In this document: piece after piece, positions 38,699-51,504 of the stretch
Numbering within the stretch: the first letter of the stretch is position 1
How the letters are laid out: each line of letters begins with the position of its first letter
Assembly: GCA_965178125.1 (NCBI GenBank)
Contig: OZ237742.1
Coordinates: 62,001-126,000 of the forward strand
From: Bilabrum cf. latius
Lineage: Eukaryota
Direction: 5' to 3'
Length of the DNA stretch: 64,000 nt
Notes under the pieces: generated by a model
Told to the model about the DNA's origin: nothing
Seen by the model: only the letters and a program-made list of their open reading frames with translations
The model's database searches: none
Position numbers and translations under genes: made by a program

Positions 38699-39931
38699 TC
38701 ACGCCAGCGGGGTCACCTTCCTGGATCCCGCCCCGCTCCTCTGCTGCAGGCTCTAGTCCTGCTTCCCGTCGAGCCGGATGCCATGGCCCTCCTCGTCCTT
38801 CCCCCCTCCCGCCCCTGACAAGCCCAGGGAGGCTAACACCTCGCTCCGGAACGCAGTATCCGCAATCGTGTACGAGTAAAAGGTCCCCTCATCCTCCATG
38901 CGCATGCGAAATAAGGTCAGCGCGTAGGCCATGGCCCCCTTGCACGCAAAGTCGAGCACGGCCTGCACGATGCTGAAGGCAGACGCGCCCACTAGGCCAG
39001 CCCCGGCGTCGCTCAGGATAAAGATGAGCGGGAAGAGGGGCCAGAACGCCAGGAATATGCTGGTCGCCGCGTAGAGCGGAGGGAGGGCGTCCTGCGGCAC
39101 CGTGGCGATGCGCTGACGGACTTGCGTGGTGATCCGCTCGAACAGGAACATTAGCAAGCAGCACCCTGTGGCAAAGAGGAGCCACTGCCGCGCGCCCCCG
39201 TCTGAAGATACAGTCATTGTCGCAATGATCAAAGATACTACGGTGGTTCCCACCAGCAGCGCCTTATTTTCCAGGCGAAGCGTTATCCCAAGGTCAAGGA
39301 TGATCTGCGTCGGCTAGCGATAAGTAAGGATGCGGGTTTCGAAAATACAACACGTAAAAAAGGAATTACCTGATCTACGTAGTACAGGGAATGGTTCTTC
39401 CATCCGTGGCTCCCGCGAGAGTGAAGAAGGAACGGATATGTCGCACACTACGCGGTGCAACTCACTAGCGGGCATGATATAATGTAATCAGCGAAGGGTA
39501 ACGACAGAATCACCTTAGTGTCTGTTAAGAACTCGAAGCCTCGCACAAGATTTCTGCATGAGCGGAGAGTAAAGCAGCGGAGGCCAATGTCAGTGTTGCA
39601 CATACAAAGCCAAGTACTCCACTGTAGCTTTCAAAACCGTCCAGCGGACACAAGCTTACGTGCAGCTTTGAAAAATGCAGTAAACGACACCTATGTTTCG
39701 GATATCGACCTCTGAACCGACTGGAGCTCGCTTTCCTGAATACCCCAACGTCAAGTTGTACCGGTACACAACGACAGCAGTCACTGCCAGCGCTGCCGCC
39801 ACAACAAACTCGAAAACGGCCTCTGCAATTCCCATGCGAGATAAGTCCAGAGCCAAGGCCACCCAGCGCTAAGGGGTGGATCTCTCGAGTCGTGCACCCG
39901 TTTTTTGTTGTTGCGAGCTGTTTTCCATCAT
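38699..39931 (-). CDS. Type-1 rhodopsin: bacteriorhodopsin-like cation channelrhodopsin (stramenopile KCR/BCCR family), ~321 aa
   Basis: Exons 39931..39660, 39553..39466, 39304..38699. Spliced TM3 is PFADYIISCPLIILDLGITL, TM6 IFLAFWPLFPLIFILS, TM7 VLDFACK (retinal Lys). YRYNLTLGYSGK follows TM1. The start could be 39835 instead. Confidence 0.9.
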
Positions 39932-39964
39932 GATCACCCCCGTGGTCACCGTGATGCTCGGCCT

Positions 39965-40016
39965 CCAGTCCAATCGTAACTGACTGTCACCAGTCCAATC
40001 GTAACTGACTGTCACC
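39965..40016. promoter_or_regulatory. Perfect 25-nt direct duplication containing CCAAT, in the divergent rhodopsin/7TM-RGS intergenic region
   Basis: ccagtccaatcgtaactgactgtca x2. The regulatory role is inferred from position only. Confidence 0.45.
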
Positions 40017-40159
40017 CGTGTAGTCTAAGTGATACGCATTCTGGCAAGCAGGTTTCAGTTCTCAACGGCTGTGATACTATCGAGGTTCCATATCTCGTCG
40101 AATCAAAAGCCCGAAACGACACATTGTGCAGAACTAACGGAACTCTTGCCTGTCGTAGG

Positions 40160-43100
40160 ATGGCAAGCAGAGCGGAGGCTGGCATAGCCTCCGTCTTTTT
40201 CTTACTGTTCTATGTCATCTTGGCTGGTGGTCTTGTTCTTTTCAGCCTTCGGCGCTAGTTCCTGCCACTGTCACCGAGGTCAACAACAGCAATCGTGGTA
40301 GGCAACTTGTTGATTGCCCTTACTTGCACGCTGGGGCTGGTGCAAGTAATATTTGGAGCAGATGCATTGCCATGCCAGGCAGTGTTGGTCATGTATTACG
40401 TCTGCTTCCCTGTTGCATGTGAGGAAAGTAGATACGAATATCAGGACATTTTTTTGCATCCACGATCAGTCTACGTGGTGAGCAAACCGCGCAAGTATTG
40501 AAGCTTCCCTCGCAGGTGCTATACTCTTAGTAAGAATGGGGCGAATCTCCGCAATTACTGCGATTCAGACTACTTTGGTAAGCATGTCTGGCGGTGGAGG
40601 AGACACGGAGCAGGACAGCAGCGAAGGTGACGATGAGATCTGGAACGATGGCAGCGACGAAACAATCGGCGCGTCATCGTCATCAGCAGTCGACCATCGT
40701 CAGAATGGCCAGGCGCCACCAGCTGCCACCGCCGCGGACAAGCCCAAGTTCGCCAAGAGCACTCGAGGGCTCACCGCCCGGGCCAGGGCCCAGCAACAGC
40801 AGCCGGTGCATCCAGAAGGGGAGGCCATGGGCCTGCCGGAGGAAGGTGAAGAAGACGATAGTACCCAGGATGAATTGTCAGGCTTCGATGCCGCGGCAGA
40901 CGAGCAGCGGCAGCAGGCCGGGCTCGCTCGCCTGGCCTGGCTGCGGCTCGCCACCTCCCCCGCGCTGCTGACCGTGGTCATCCTCGCCATCGCGGCGGTG
41001 TGGGCTGCCCTGGGGGCCGCCAGAGCCGCGGCTGCCGACGGAGACTCGCTCGTCACACCAACTGGAGGCTGCGCCGTGGGGGCCACCGACGTGTGGACGG
41101 TGACGGGGGCGTCCCTGGCCCTGTACGTGCCCCTGGGGCTGGCTGCCCTGTGGGCCACGGGGGAGCTGACGGACGTGTTCTCCATCCGATTCGAGTTCAT
41201 GTGGTCGGGGGCGGGGCTACTGCTGGCCCTGGCCGTGCACGTGGCCATCGCGTACGCCTACTCCGGGTACGGAGACGGCGGGGGCGGGGCCCAGGGATAT
41301 GGCACGGCTGCCCACGCGCTGGTGGGCGGCGGGTATGTCTACCTCGTGCTGAGCCTGTGGGTGCCGGTGGCACTCAGCTTCTCGGCCTCCTTCGCAGCGA
41401 CCAACCGCGCCATCGAGCAGAGGGCGCTTGCGGAGGGGGCCCGCGCGGGGGGTGAGCAGAGGTCGGTCTTCCACTCGGCCCGTATCAAGGCCATGGCAGC
41501 CGGCGAGGGCGATGATGGGATGCTGCCGCTGCCCATGCCCGGCGGGAAGCGCTCCTCCGAGGGTGCGGGGGCCCCTCGGCGCATCTCTGCGTATGAGGCC
41601 GTCAGCGCCGCCCTGGATACATACCAGCGCATCCGGCGCTCCTTCCACCTGAGCCACATCACGCAGACGGTGGGCCCCGACCAGCTCCTTGCGCTGTGCA
41701 GGGAGTTGGCCGAGCAGGCCAGAGCGGGGAAGCTGCTTAGGACGGGCGGTGATGGGGCGGGTCCGACGCCCGAGAAGGGATCCGTGGAGGTGGATGGTCC
41801 CAGCGAGCTGGGGGCCAGCATGGTGATGCATTCGGGCTCCAGGCGCTCGCACACAACGAACGGCAGCACGGGGTCTAGCTTCGAGGTGGGCGCGGGGATG
41901 GCCGGGTCTCGAGTGGAGCAGGCGGGCAGTGGGTCATTCGTGGGCCACACCATCCTTGCCGAGGCAGAGGCATCCTCGATGCTGGCGGGGCTGGCCGGTG
42001 CCATGACGGGCAGGCGAGGAGTGCTGCAGCTGGCGCAGGCGAGGTGCCCCGCCTCTCTCGAAGCGTCCACTCTGGCCGACCTGCTATCGCACCGCCCGCT
42101 GTACACGCGGTTCCGGGACTACCTCAAGTCCGAGTTCAGCACGGAGAACCTGCTGTTCTTCGAGCAAGCCACCGTGTTGGAGATCGGGCTGGTGGAGAGG
42201 CTGGTGCAGCGGGGGCTGGTCTGGGGCCCTGGTGACACAGAGCCCCGCGCGAGGACGGAGGCATACTTTGTGGCTGTCACAGGAGAGGAGGGGAAGGAGA
42301 AGGAGAAGGGGGGCAGCACACAGATTGCGGGCGGTGCAGCGGCAGCGGCGACTGAGGGCAAGGGCGGCAGCGGCAAAGGGAACGGGGCGAGGCCACTGCG
42401 CCGCAGCCTCACCTCAGGGGAGCTCAAGGCCGTCGAGCTGCTCCCTGCTGACCAAGCAGTGGAGGGCGAGGAGGATGGGGTTGGGGATGGGGATGGAGGC
42501 AAGGACAAGGATGAGCTACAACGAGAGTTTGACGAGAGCATGGCCGAGGCCAAGGCCCGCCGGCACTCCGTGAACGACAAGCTGCTGGGCTCGCAGGGCG
42601 GACTAGGGTCTAGGAGCAGTCGACTGGAGGTGGAGGAGCTGGATGAATCGCAGGAAGCAGGCGACACCAAGGGGGGCTCCAAGACGAAGGGGCTGGTGGA
42701 TCGGATGGACACTGACGAGGAGGCGCTGCAGGCCCTGCGCAAGGCGAGCCGAGCCGACGCGCGGGGCAGCCCAGCCGGGTTGGCCGATGGTGGTGCCCGC
42801 CAAGGTGCCATGTCCCTGCGGCACATGAAAGGCATCCCGGCGGACCTGCGCCTCATGCTGGGGGGCATCACGCACGTCGCGCAGAGGGGTGTGCGGGCCA
42901 TGTTCAGTTCTCTGCTGAGGAGCATGAAGCAAGCCGCGGCGAGGGGCTGGCTGGCCCCCGAGGGCCAGGACCTGGAGCAGGCCAAGCGCGAGGTCGCCGA
43001 GTACCTGACAGGGGGCACGAGGGCCGTCACGGAGCGCTTCGTGAAGCCCGGTTCTCCTCTGGAGGTGAACATCTCGTCGTCGCAGAGGAGGGCCGTGCTC

Positions 43101-43334
43101 CGGGCCATGAAGAAGGGCAGCCCGGGGCCAGGCGTGCTGGTGCCTGCCAAGCGCGAGATCAGGAGACTCATGCAGATGGACTCGCTCCCCCGATTCCGCG
43201 CCCAGGCCCAGCAGGGTATCTTCTTCAAAAAGTACCAAAGGAAGTTTCAGGCCATGGTAGGCAAGCTCGAGAATGACGCGGAGGAGCGCAAGCGGAAGAA
43301 ATAGCGGCAGGAAGGCTCGAAGGCTGGGTCCTGA
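40160..43334 (+). CDS. 7TM-RGS protein (multi-pass membrane domain fused to a regulator of G-protein signalling domain)
   Basis: Exon 40160..40418, intron 40419..40515. TM helices with RRQFLPLSPRS, LPC, DVFSIRFEF. RGS halves FRDYLKSEFSTENLLFFE and FVKPGSPLEVNISS..REIRRLMQMDSLPRF. Ends TGA 43334. Confidence 0.88.
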
Positions 43335-43850
43335 ATGTGTGGCCTTTGATCTTAGTGAATATTGCCACCCCGCGTCGTCCATATACCTCCCAACCTCGGC
43401 TCCCAGCGCCCCTGTTCAGGCTATGTGATGCAGTTCGCCTCGGAAGAAGCGACCATTCAAGTAGGTTGCGACATTTTGGGTGTTCTGGCGCGGCAGTCCT
43501 AGTGCGATGGCACCAAGTATGGATTAATCTAGAGTCTCCATTGAAGGTTGTGCCCCAATAGATGCCACGTGTTCAATGGAGCAATCGGCAACAAGCTAAA
43601 TCACTATTGAGCAGCATGGTTCCATCCTAATTCAGCTTATTCGCATTCTCTAGCCATTCAACGGCCACAAGTACCTTGCCAAATCCAATTACTGGTACAA
43701 TAGGCATTTTACCCATTGATATTGCCCAGAAACGGTCATTTTTGGCAACTGTTCTTGTTGGATTTCGGAATCATAAATGTGATGAATGTGTCTAGACAGG
43801 TCTTCCGATACACGTACTGTTCGCCCCACTACCTGGCTTCATACATTCAA

Positions 43851-46800
43851 ATGGCATCAAAGATTCAGAGCAGGTGAGCTTTAAGATATAACATGGAATG
43901 CCCTCGTTGCCTTGAATCGTCAAATCACTGCCTGGATTGGGCCTGCTGGCATCCGAAGCTCGAGATCCGGCCACCGCGACATGTCCTGGGCGGCCAGAAC
44001 TGCCACCCGTTTGCGCTTGACCCTGGGGATACGACGATGCTAGCTTGTGTATTTTTTTGTTGCGCGTCTATTTTACACCGCAGCCCAGTGATGAGCTCTG
44101 TTGAGGCAGGGAGTAGCCACAAGTCGCCAGGCTCGCTCGGAATGTCCGAGTCCTTGGGGTGGGAGGCCCAGGGCGCCTTCGAGCACCCTGTTGAAGACCT
44201 TCCTGATCGCACTTCAAAGAGCAGCTCGCATTCCAAGCAAGCTGGCTCCACTAAATGGAGAGCATTTGCCAAAATGGGAGACCATTTCGAGGCGGGACGC
44301 CGCTTGGACAATGCAAGGTGAGTGGCGCATCCACCATTCGGAGGGGCGAGAACACTTGCTGGCTGCGATACGAATTGCGAGATACACCATCCATCGATCG
44401 CGCCATTGCTTGAATGCACTTTTGAAGTTTATGGTTGTGCCTGGAAATCCGTCGAAAAGTCCAGGACAGGGATCAGTGGCCTCGTACGAACACCGGTCGG
44501 CTTAAGCGGCCACGTGGACCAATGAAGGAGCCTCAGAGCGTCAATGAGGCGCTGACCACACTTTTAAAATCCTCAACCAGCCTAACTTACAAATATCGCA
44601 GCTGGAGGCTGTGGTCGATTGCGAACCGCGCATCCGCATCTGCGAGATCCAGGTCGTCTTCCTCTCGGGCGAAGGCAGGCCCAGAGGCGGCACACGCAGC
44701 GGTGCGAAGGCTGCAGCGCGCCCTTTCGTTCTCTGTCGACTTTGGACCGGCTCCATCATCCGGCTCCGCACGCTCGCTGGGCCTGGCTGGGCACCTGGAC
44801 GGGCGTGCAGTGGCCGCCAGTGGGGGCCTGCAGAGCCACCTGCTGGACGCCGGTGAGCAGCTGCCGGGGCCAGGGCTGCAGGGGAAGAAAAGACCCGGGG
44901 CTGTCACCGAGGGCAGTGGGCGCACGGCCGCAGCGGCCCAGCGGCGGGCCGTGGATGTGGCCCTCCTGCGGGCCGGGCTGGGCTCCATGCTGCCGGTCAA
45001 GGGGGCCCGGTCCGCAGCCCGCATGACCACCCGTGCGATCCGAGCTGCGGGGGCCACTGCACGAGCTGCGGGGGGCGGTCATCGTGCCCGAGCCGCCGGG
45101 AAGGCAATGGGCGCGCTTGGCCTCGGGCTAGGAGTCCCCTCGAGCAGCGGTCCCTCGGTGGGTCTGCTCGCTCCTGTGAGGGAGGTGCCCGAGCACGGGC
45201 ACGGGCACGGGGCGGCCGCTGGTGGGGCCGGGGAGGGAGAGGGGGGCAGGGAAAAGACGATGGAGGAGCTGGAGGTGATTCAGCAAAGGGATGATGCTGG
45301 GGGAGACCATAGGGCATCGCATGGTGGTGCTCGTGCCGGCAGTCGGGTGGCTGTGGGCGTCAAGACTACATCTGCTGCCCGCACCAAGAGCAGACACACG
45401 GGCATGGCCGAAGAAGAGGAAGAAGAAGCCAAGGACGATGCGGTGACAGCTGATGGCGTCTCTGCGGCGGAGGGCAAGACCGTGTCCAGCACCAGCGACG
45501 CAGACGTGGACGCAGACGAGGAGGACGGAGAGGAGGACGAAGACGCTGACTCGGCGGTGGACACAGAGGAGCGGTTCTGCTCCAAGCTGCACGCCCTCTG
45601 GAACTCGTACGAGCTGCCCCCCGCGGCGCTGACAGACCTCCTCTCAGCCCTGCAGTCGCACCCTGACATGGACACGGACGAGCTGCCTGCCACCGCGGCC
45701 CAGCTGGAGCGTCGAGTGGCCCTCCGGCAGGCCCAGAGCAGGCCCAGGTGCGCTGCCTTCGGGCACTCTTTGGAGCGCAACGGTGCCAACAACTTCCTGC
45801 TGTACCTCGTGCGCTCGTTGATGCGAGACGGCCAGGAGTTCGAGCTGTTTTCTCCCAAGGAGGGTCCGATGCGGGGCGACTTCGAGGCCATGGGGGTGCC
45901 CGTGCACGTGGTGGACACCGCGGCGGTAGGGTACATGGACGGCCTCAGGGACATGCTGCGGCGGGCCAAGGCCAGCGGCCGGTTCGGGTGCTGCTTTGCC
46001 AACACCATCATGCGGGCCGAGGTGGTGGCCGTGTGCAAGGAGCTGGGGCTGCCCTCGGCGTGGACCATCCACGAGGCCTGGCCCCGCGACCAGATCGACT
46101 CCTACGCCAAGAAGGTGTTCCTGGTATCCAACATCGACTCGGGTGTGATCCGCGAGGGATTCAAGGCTGCCCCCATGATCATCTTCCCGGCCAAAGTGCA
46201 GCAGGCCCTGTACAGCGGGCTGTTCAACCCGGGCTGCGCCAGGGTGGTCTACAACGGCATACCGATGCGCTCCATCGACACATTCAGGGCATCGCAGGAC
46301 AGAGATGCAGTCAGGAGGGCGCTGGGGTACGGCCGTGACGACTTTTTGGTGCTGCACCTGGGCACTGTGTGCAAGCGCAAGGCACAGGACGTCAGCCTCC
46401 GGGCCTTCCACCAACTGGTCAAGACCCGGAAACAGGCTCTGGAGGCGGGCGCAGACCCCACAGGGCCATGGTCAAGGGAGCCCAAGCTGCTCATGGTCGG
46501 TGCTCGGTACATCCGGCAGCACGAGATCGACTTTTAGGCAGAGCTGAGGGGGTACATCAAGGAGCACGCCGCCGATTTGGAGGGGCGCGTGACGATCATG
46601 GACATTCAGAAGGAGGTGCTCAGGTTCTACCACGCGGCCGATGCCGTGCTGGTGCCCAGCCGGAACGAGGTGCTGCCACTTGTGATCTGCGAGGCCATGG
46701 CATTCCAGCGGCCCGTGGTTTGCAGCCGCATCGACGGGATCCCCGAGGCGGTTACGCACGACGAGGACGGCCTGCTGGTGGAGCCGGACGACGTCAAGGG

Positions 46801-47941
46801 CCTGTCGGAGTCGATCGTGCGGCTGTTCGAGAGCCCGGCTCTGCGGTCCCGACTGGGTCAGAACGGGAGGGCGAGGGTGCTTCGGCAGTTCTCGTACTCT
46901 GTGATGAGCAAGCAGTACAGAGAGCTCGTCGATCAGGTCACATTCGAGATGAACAGGGACAGGGAGCAGGAGCCCGTCTCCACCATGACCGCGCCTAGCC
47001 CCCTGCAGCCAATGCAGCAGCAGCGGGCGATCGATGTGGTTGCCGAGGGGGGCGAGTGCAAGACCGCCGAGGGGGTCAGATCCGCCACCGCAACGGCCTC
47101 CCTCGCAGGCCCGGACCCGGCGGCCCCCGACTCACCCGCATCCACCTTGGGGAAGCAGGCCCCTGTCACGGGCGGGAGCAGGAAGGCTTGCATTCCCAAG
47201 GTGGCCAGCGGGGTGTCTGTCGGACAGGTGTCTCTGGGGGGGCAGGCCCCTGGGGGAGCCTCCGGGATCGGATCGGGGGCCTCCTCAGGCGCAGGGAAGA
47301 GCAGCATCCTGCCTGGCGGCGATGCTGAGAAGAGTACGGTGGCCGTGCGCCGCCCGGCTCCACGGGCCCCCTTGCCCGCCGCTCGCCAGCCAGTTGTTCT
47401 GGTTGACATGGACAGCACCATAGTGGACTTTGACGGCTCCTTCCTCAAGCGATGGCTGCCCAGGCATCCCGGGGATGAAACCCTCGTGCGCTCCCGCAGG
47501 CACTACGAGCTGGAGAGGAACTTTCCCATCGAGCTCAGGGAGGAGGTGACCAGGACCATCGCGGCCCCAGGTCTGTACATCGCCATGGAGCCCATCGAGG
47601 GAGCGCTGGACACGCTGCAGGACATGCTGGAGCACGGCCTGGACGTGAGGCTCGTGACATCACCGCACCCCAGCTGCTACGCCGCCTGTGCAGCGGAGAA
47701 GTTCCAATGGGTGAGCGATCACCTGGGTGACGAGTGGTGCGCCCGGCTGGTCATCGCCAGAGACAAGACGCACGTCCGAGGCAGGTGGCTCATCGACGAC
47801 AAGCCCAAGATCACTGGCAGCAGCGACCCCGCCTGGGAGCACGTGATCTTCGCCCAGCCGTGGAACGACGAGGTAGATGCAGAAGGCCGCAGCCGGATGA
47901 GGCGGTGGAGCGACTGGCGCAAGGTGCTCCGGATCAAGTGA
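43851..47941 (+). CDS. Fusion protein: DUF1752-like motif, GT4 glycosyltransferase and HAD 5'(3')-deoxyribonucleotidase-like (NT5C) domain (~1198 aa)
   Basis: Introns 43874..44083 and 44318..44601. Spliced GRRLDNASWRLWS. GT4 motifs HSLERNGAN, VVYNGIP, PSRNEVLPLVICEAMA (E-x7-E). HAD motifs VLVDMDSTIVDFD and LIDDKP. One TAG at 46535, ends TGA. Confidence 0.85.
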
Positions 47942-48294
47942 TCGATCGGTCAAGTCTTCGATCGCGTGCCATGGGGTCGCCCTCTTGGCCACCCGGGTTG
48001 GTCGCTTCGATTTTGTTTCTGTTGCTTAGAAGCGCCCCACCATAGTGACATAAGTGTTATTCACTTGTCGATTTGATTGCTCAAACTCTGCTCCTAGTCG
48101 TACCACAAGAACGAAGCAGTGTTGAATTTGTCCACCGCTCCGGAATCAAGATGCGAAATCAAGATTCGTTCATTCGTTCGAACGCACGACACGAGCTCGC
48201 AGGATCAACGTGGTCTGCAGTGTTGCCATTTAGTGAACTACCAGCGACGGTCATTTGTCGCTGGCGAGTCGAGCGCGGTTGACACACGAGAACC

Positions 48295-50284
48295 ATGCTG
48301 CTGCTGGCATTTACTGTCTTTGAAGTAGCAGGTGCAGGATTGGCTGTGAGCCACGTGCCTGGCGGCTTAACATATCCGCGTACATGTGTGCCTGGAATTC
48401 ATTCACTTAATCTGTGCCCAAGCCCCGCAGGCAAGTGAATCTTCATCACTGACGGTTTCGGCACCGGGCATCACCCCCTCTCCACCAATCGCAAGGGACA
48501 TTGATCACACCGATGCACTATTCGGTATACCATTGTATCGAGGCTCGCTGAACGGCCCCATTGTCGACATAAGCTTGCTGTCTGGTATGGAAGGCAACGC
48601 TGACGGGTGCGATCCGTATTCGCTTCCGACGGATTCGGCACCGGACACAATCCTGCTGATTGACCGTATCCAATCGGGACAAACCAAGAGTACGCGCTTG
48701 AACCATAATTTTGCTGAATCGGAGTCGTTGGAATCCTCAGTCATGCTGCAAAAGGCGCCGCAATCGCAGCTGGAGCCCAGCACGGCGAGGTCACCCACCA
48801 CTGGCATCGGTCCAACCATCAACATGACCCTGGCTCTAGACATTCCGCAGCCCCGGTGCACGTTTGCCCGACGTGTTTAGCTAGCATAGGACGCCGGTGC
48901 TGCCGGAGCCTTGATCATCTTCGATGCTGGCGTGTGTGGCAGCAGCACCTCGTGCCCCTCAACGAGCGAGTACTGCACGGACACCTGCAGAGACGGGCTG
49001 GGCCCTGCATCGCCGGACCACTCGTGCTACTGCTCCTTGCCCTTCATGGCGCCACTTGGTGGCCAAGGTGACGGCGTGGACATCCCCTCCATGCTCATCG
49101 GGGACACCGACGCGCGGCAGATCAGGGCATGTCTCAGGCGCGCCCCTGGCTCCGGCTGCGAGCAGCAGGCCCCAAGCCAGCAAATAGACCCCTTGCAGCC
49201 ACCCCTGCGCGCCACCATGGCCTGGGACCTGCCCCTGCCCTCGGGAGTCGTGCCCATCCAGCCCTGGACAGAGCCCAACGACGCCCCGGGGGCAGACTTC
49301 CTGCAGGCACTGGCCCCCTATTTCGGGGAGGAATGGCTGGCGCGCTTTGCCGCGCTCGAGCCCCGGTTCTTCGTGTGGGATGGGGCCGCGCTCAACTGCA
49401 CGCTGCCAATCCCGGGGGGCGGGGGCAAGCTGCAGTGCGGGTCCCAGTGCGTGAACTGGGGGAGATACTGCGCGCCCGACCCTGACCAGGACCTGGAGCG
49501 GGGCCTATCGGGGGCTCAGGTGCTGGACGAGGTGGTGCGGTCGGCATGCGTGTTCCAGGCAGCCAACGCCTCCGCCCACCGGTCCGACCCCGCCTCCCCT
49601 GCGCGGGCCGCCGGGCGCGCCTCAGCGCAGTGGATCTCCTACTCGACTGGGTTCACGCAGCAGTGCACCGAGAGGAGAGATCTGTCGGCGGCGTGCAGCC
49701 GGTCCGTGCAGTCGGCCGTGGGGGTCTCTCTTGGGGAGGTGCAGGCGTGCGTGAGCGAGAGCAACAGGACCGACGGGAGCAACGCCGTGCTGGATCTGCA
49801 GCTGAGGGAGAGGGAGAGCCTGCTGCTGGTGGTGCTGCCCTCGGTGGTCATCGGCGACACCGTGCTGAGGGGTCGCCTCGATGTCGCGGGGCTGGCGGCG
49901 GCCGCGTGCAGGGCTGCACCAGAGTAGGAGCGCGCCCACAACGCGCTGTGCCAGTGCACTGCCAAGGGGAGTGGGGACCCCTTGGCATGCGCGCAGGCTG
50001 CTGCGAGGGGCGGGGGCGGCGGGCTGGGCGGGGCAGCTGTTCCCCCGTGGGTGATCGGAGTGATCGCCGGGCTGGTGGCTGTGGTGGGGCTGCTGGTAGT
50101 GGGCGGCTTGGTGCTGCACCGGGGGCAGCAGGGAACCAGGGATCGTCTGGAGCAGCTGCTTCGTGAGGACGAGCAGGAACACGCAGCCGGTGGGAGGATG
50201 AGGCAGCTGGAGGCGCTGGGCACCGGCACCGGGAGCGGGACAACGGACGGCATCGGTGGACGGTAGGGCGAGCCCGAGGTGTGA
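48295..50284 (+). CDS. Vacuolar sorting receptor (VSR/BP-80)-like type I membrane protein with PA domain
   Basis: Signal peptide exon 48295..48345, intron 48346..48430. Motifs ALFGIPLYRGSL, CTFARRV*LA*DAGAAGALII, CVNWGRYCAPDPDQDLERGLSGAQVLDE. C-terminal TM, ends TGA. Confidence 0.85.
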
Positions 50285-50464
50285 GGCATGCCGGAGCACT
50301 CCTGTCCTATTCAACCCGCTTCTTTTGTTGATACATCTATGTATCAGAATCGTTTTAAAATGAAATGCCGGTCACTCGTTGCTCGGTACTCACGTTTCAG
50401 ACTCAATCAATCAATCCATCCATACATCAATTGATTTATCCTTGATGCACATTATTGCTGGCGC

Positions 50465-50974
<510 letters not shown>

Positions 50975-51504
50975 CTAAACAAAGTTATTAACATAATAGG
51001 GAATGGAAGGGTAACGGAGGGCTTCACCAGGGCAAAGCATTCATCTGGGTTCCCATCGACAGCTTCGAGAACCCATGAGCTGGTCTGCAGCCCACCTCAA
51101 AGTTTCATCAGCTATAGCACAGATGGCAAGATGTGTATCACAATCAAAAACAGATACAAATAGGCATGGATAGTAGCCCCAGGACCGCTAAACTGATCAC
51201 GAACGCATACATAACAAGACAAACGAGCACCACAGTGCACAACGCTTTTCTAGGCATAATAAAGACATAATCGCTAGAAAACAGCTGCAATTAGGTACAT
51301 AAGACAATAATTGATGCGATAGTATTGCGATTTTGCGCGCTGTGTAGCTCACTTTAGCTGAAATGCAGCCGAAGGTCAACGCCGTTTACAAAACTCGAAC
51401 GAACTTCTATTGTAGCGTTACTTTAAATATTAATACAGATCAACCGAAACGGCCTCGCTCGTCATCGCCACAATACTAGTCACTCGCTGCTTTGCCCGAC
51501 AGAG

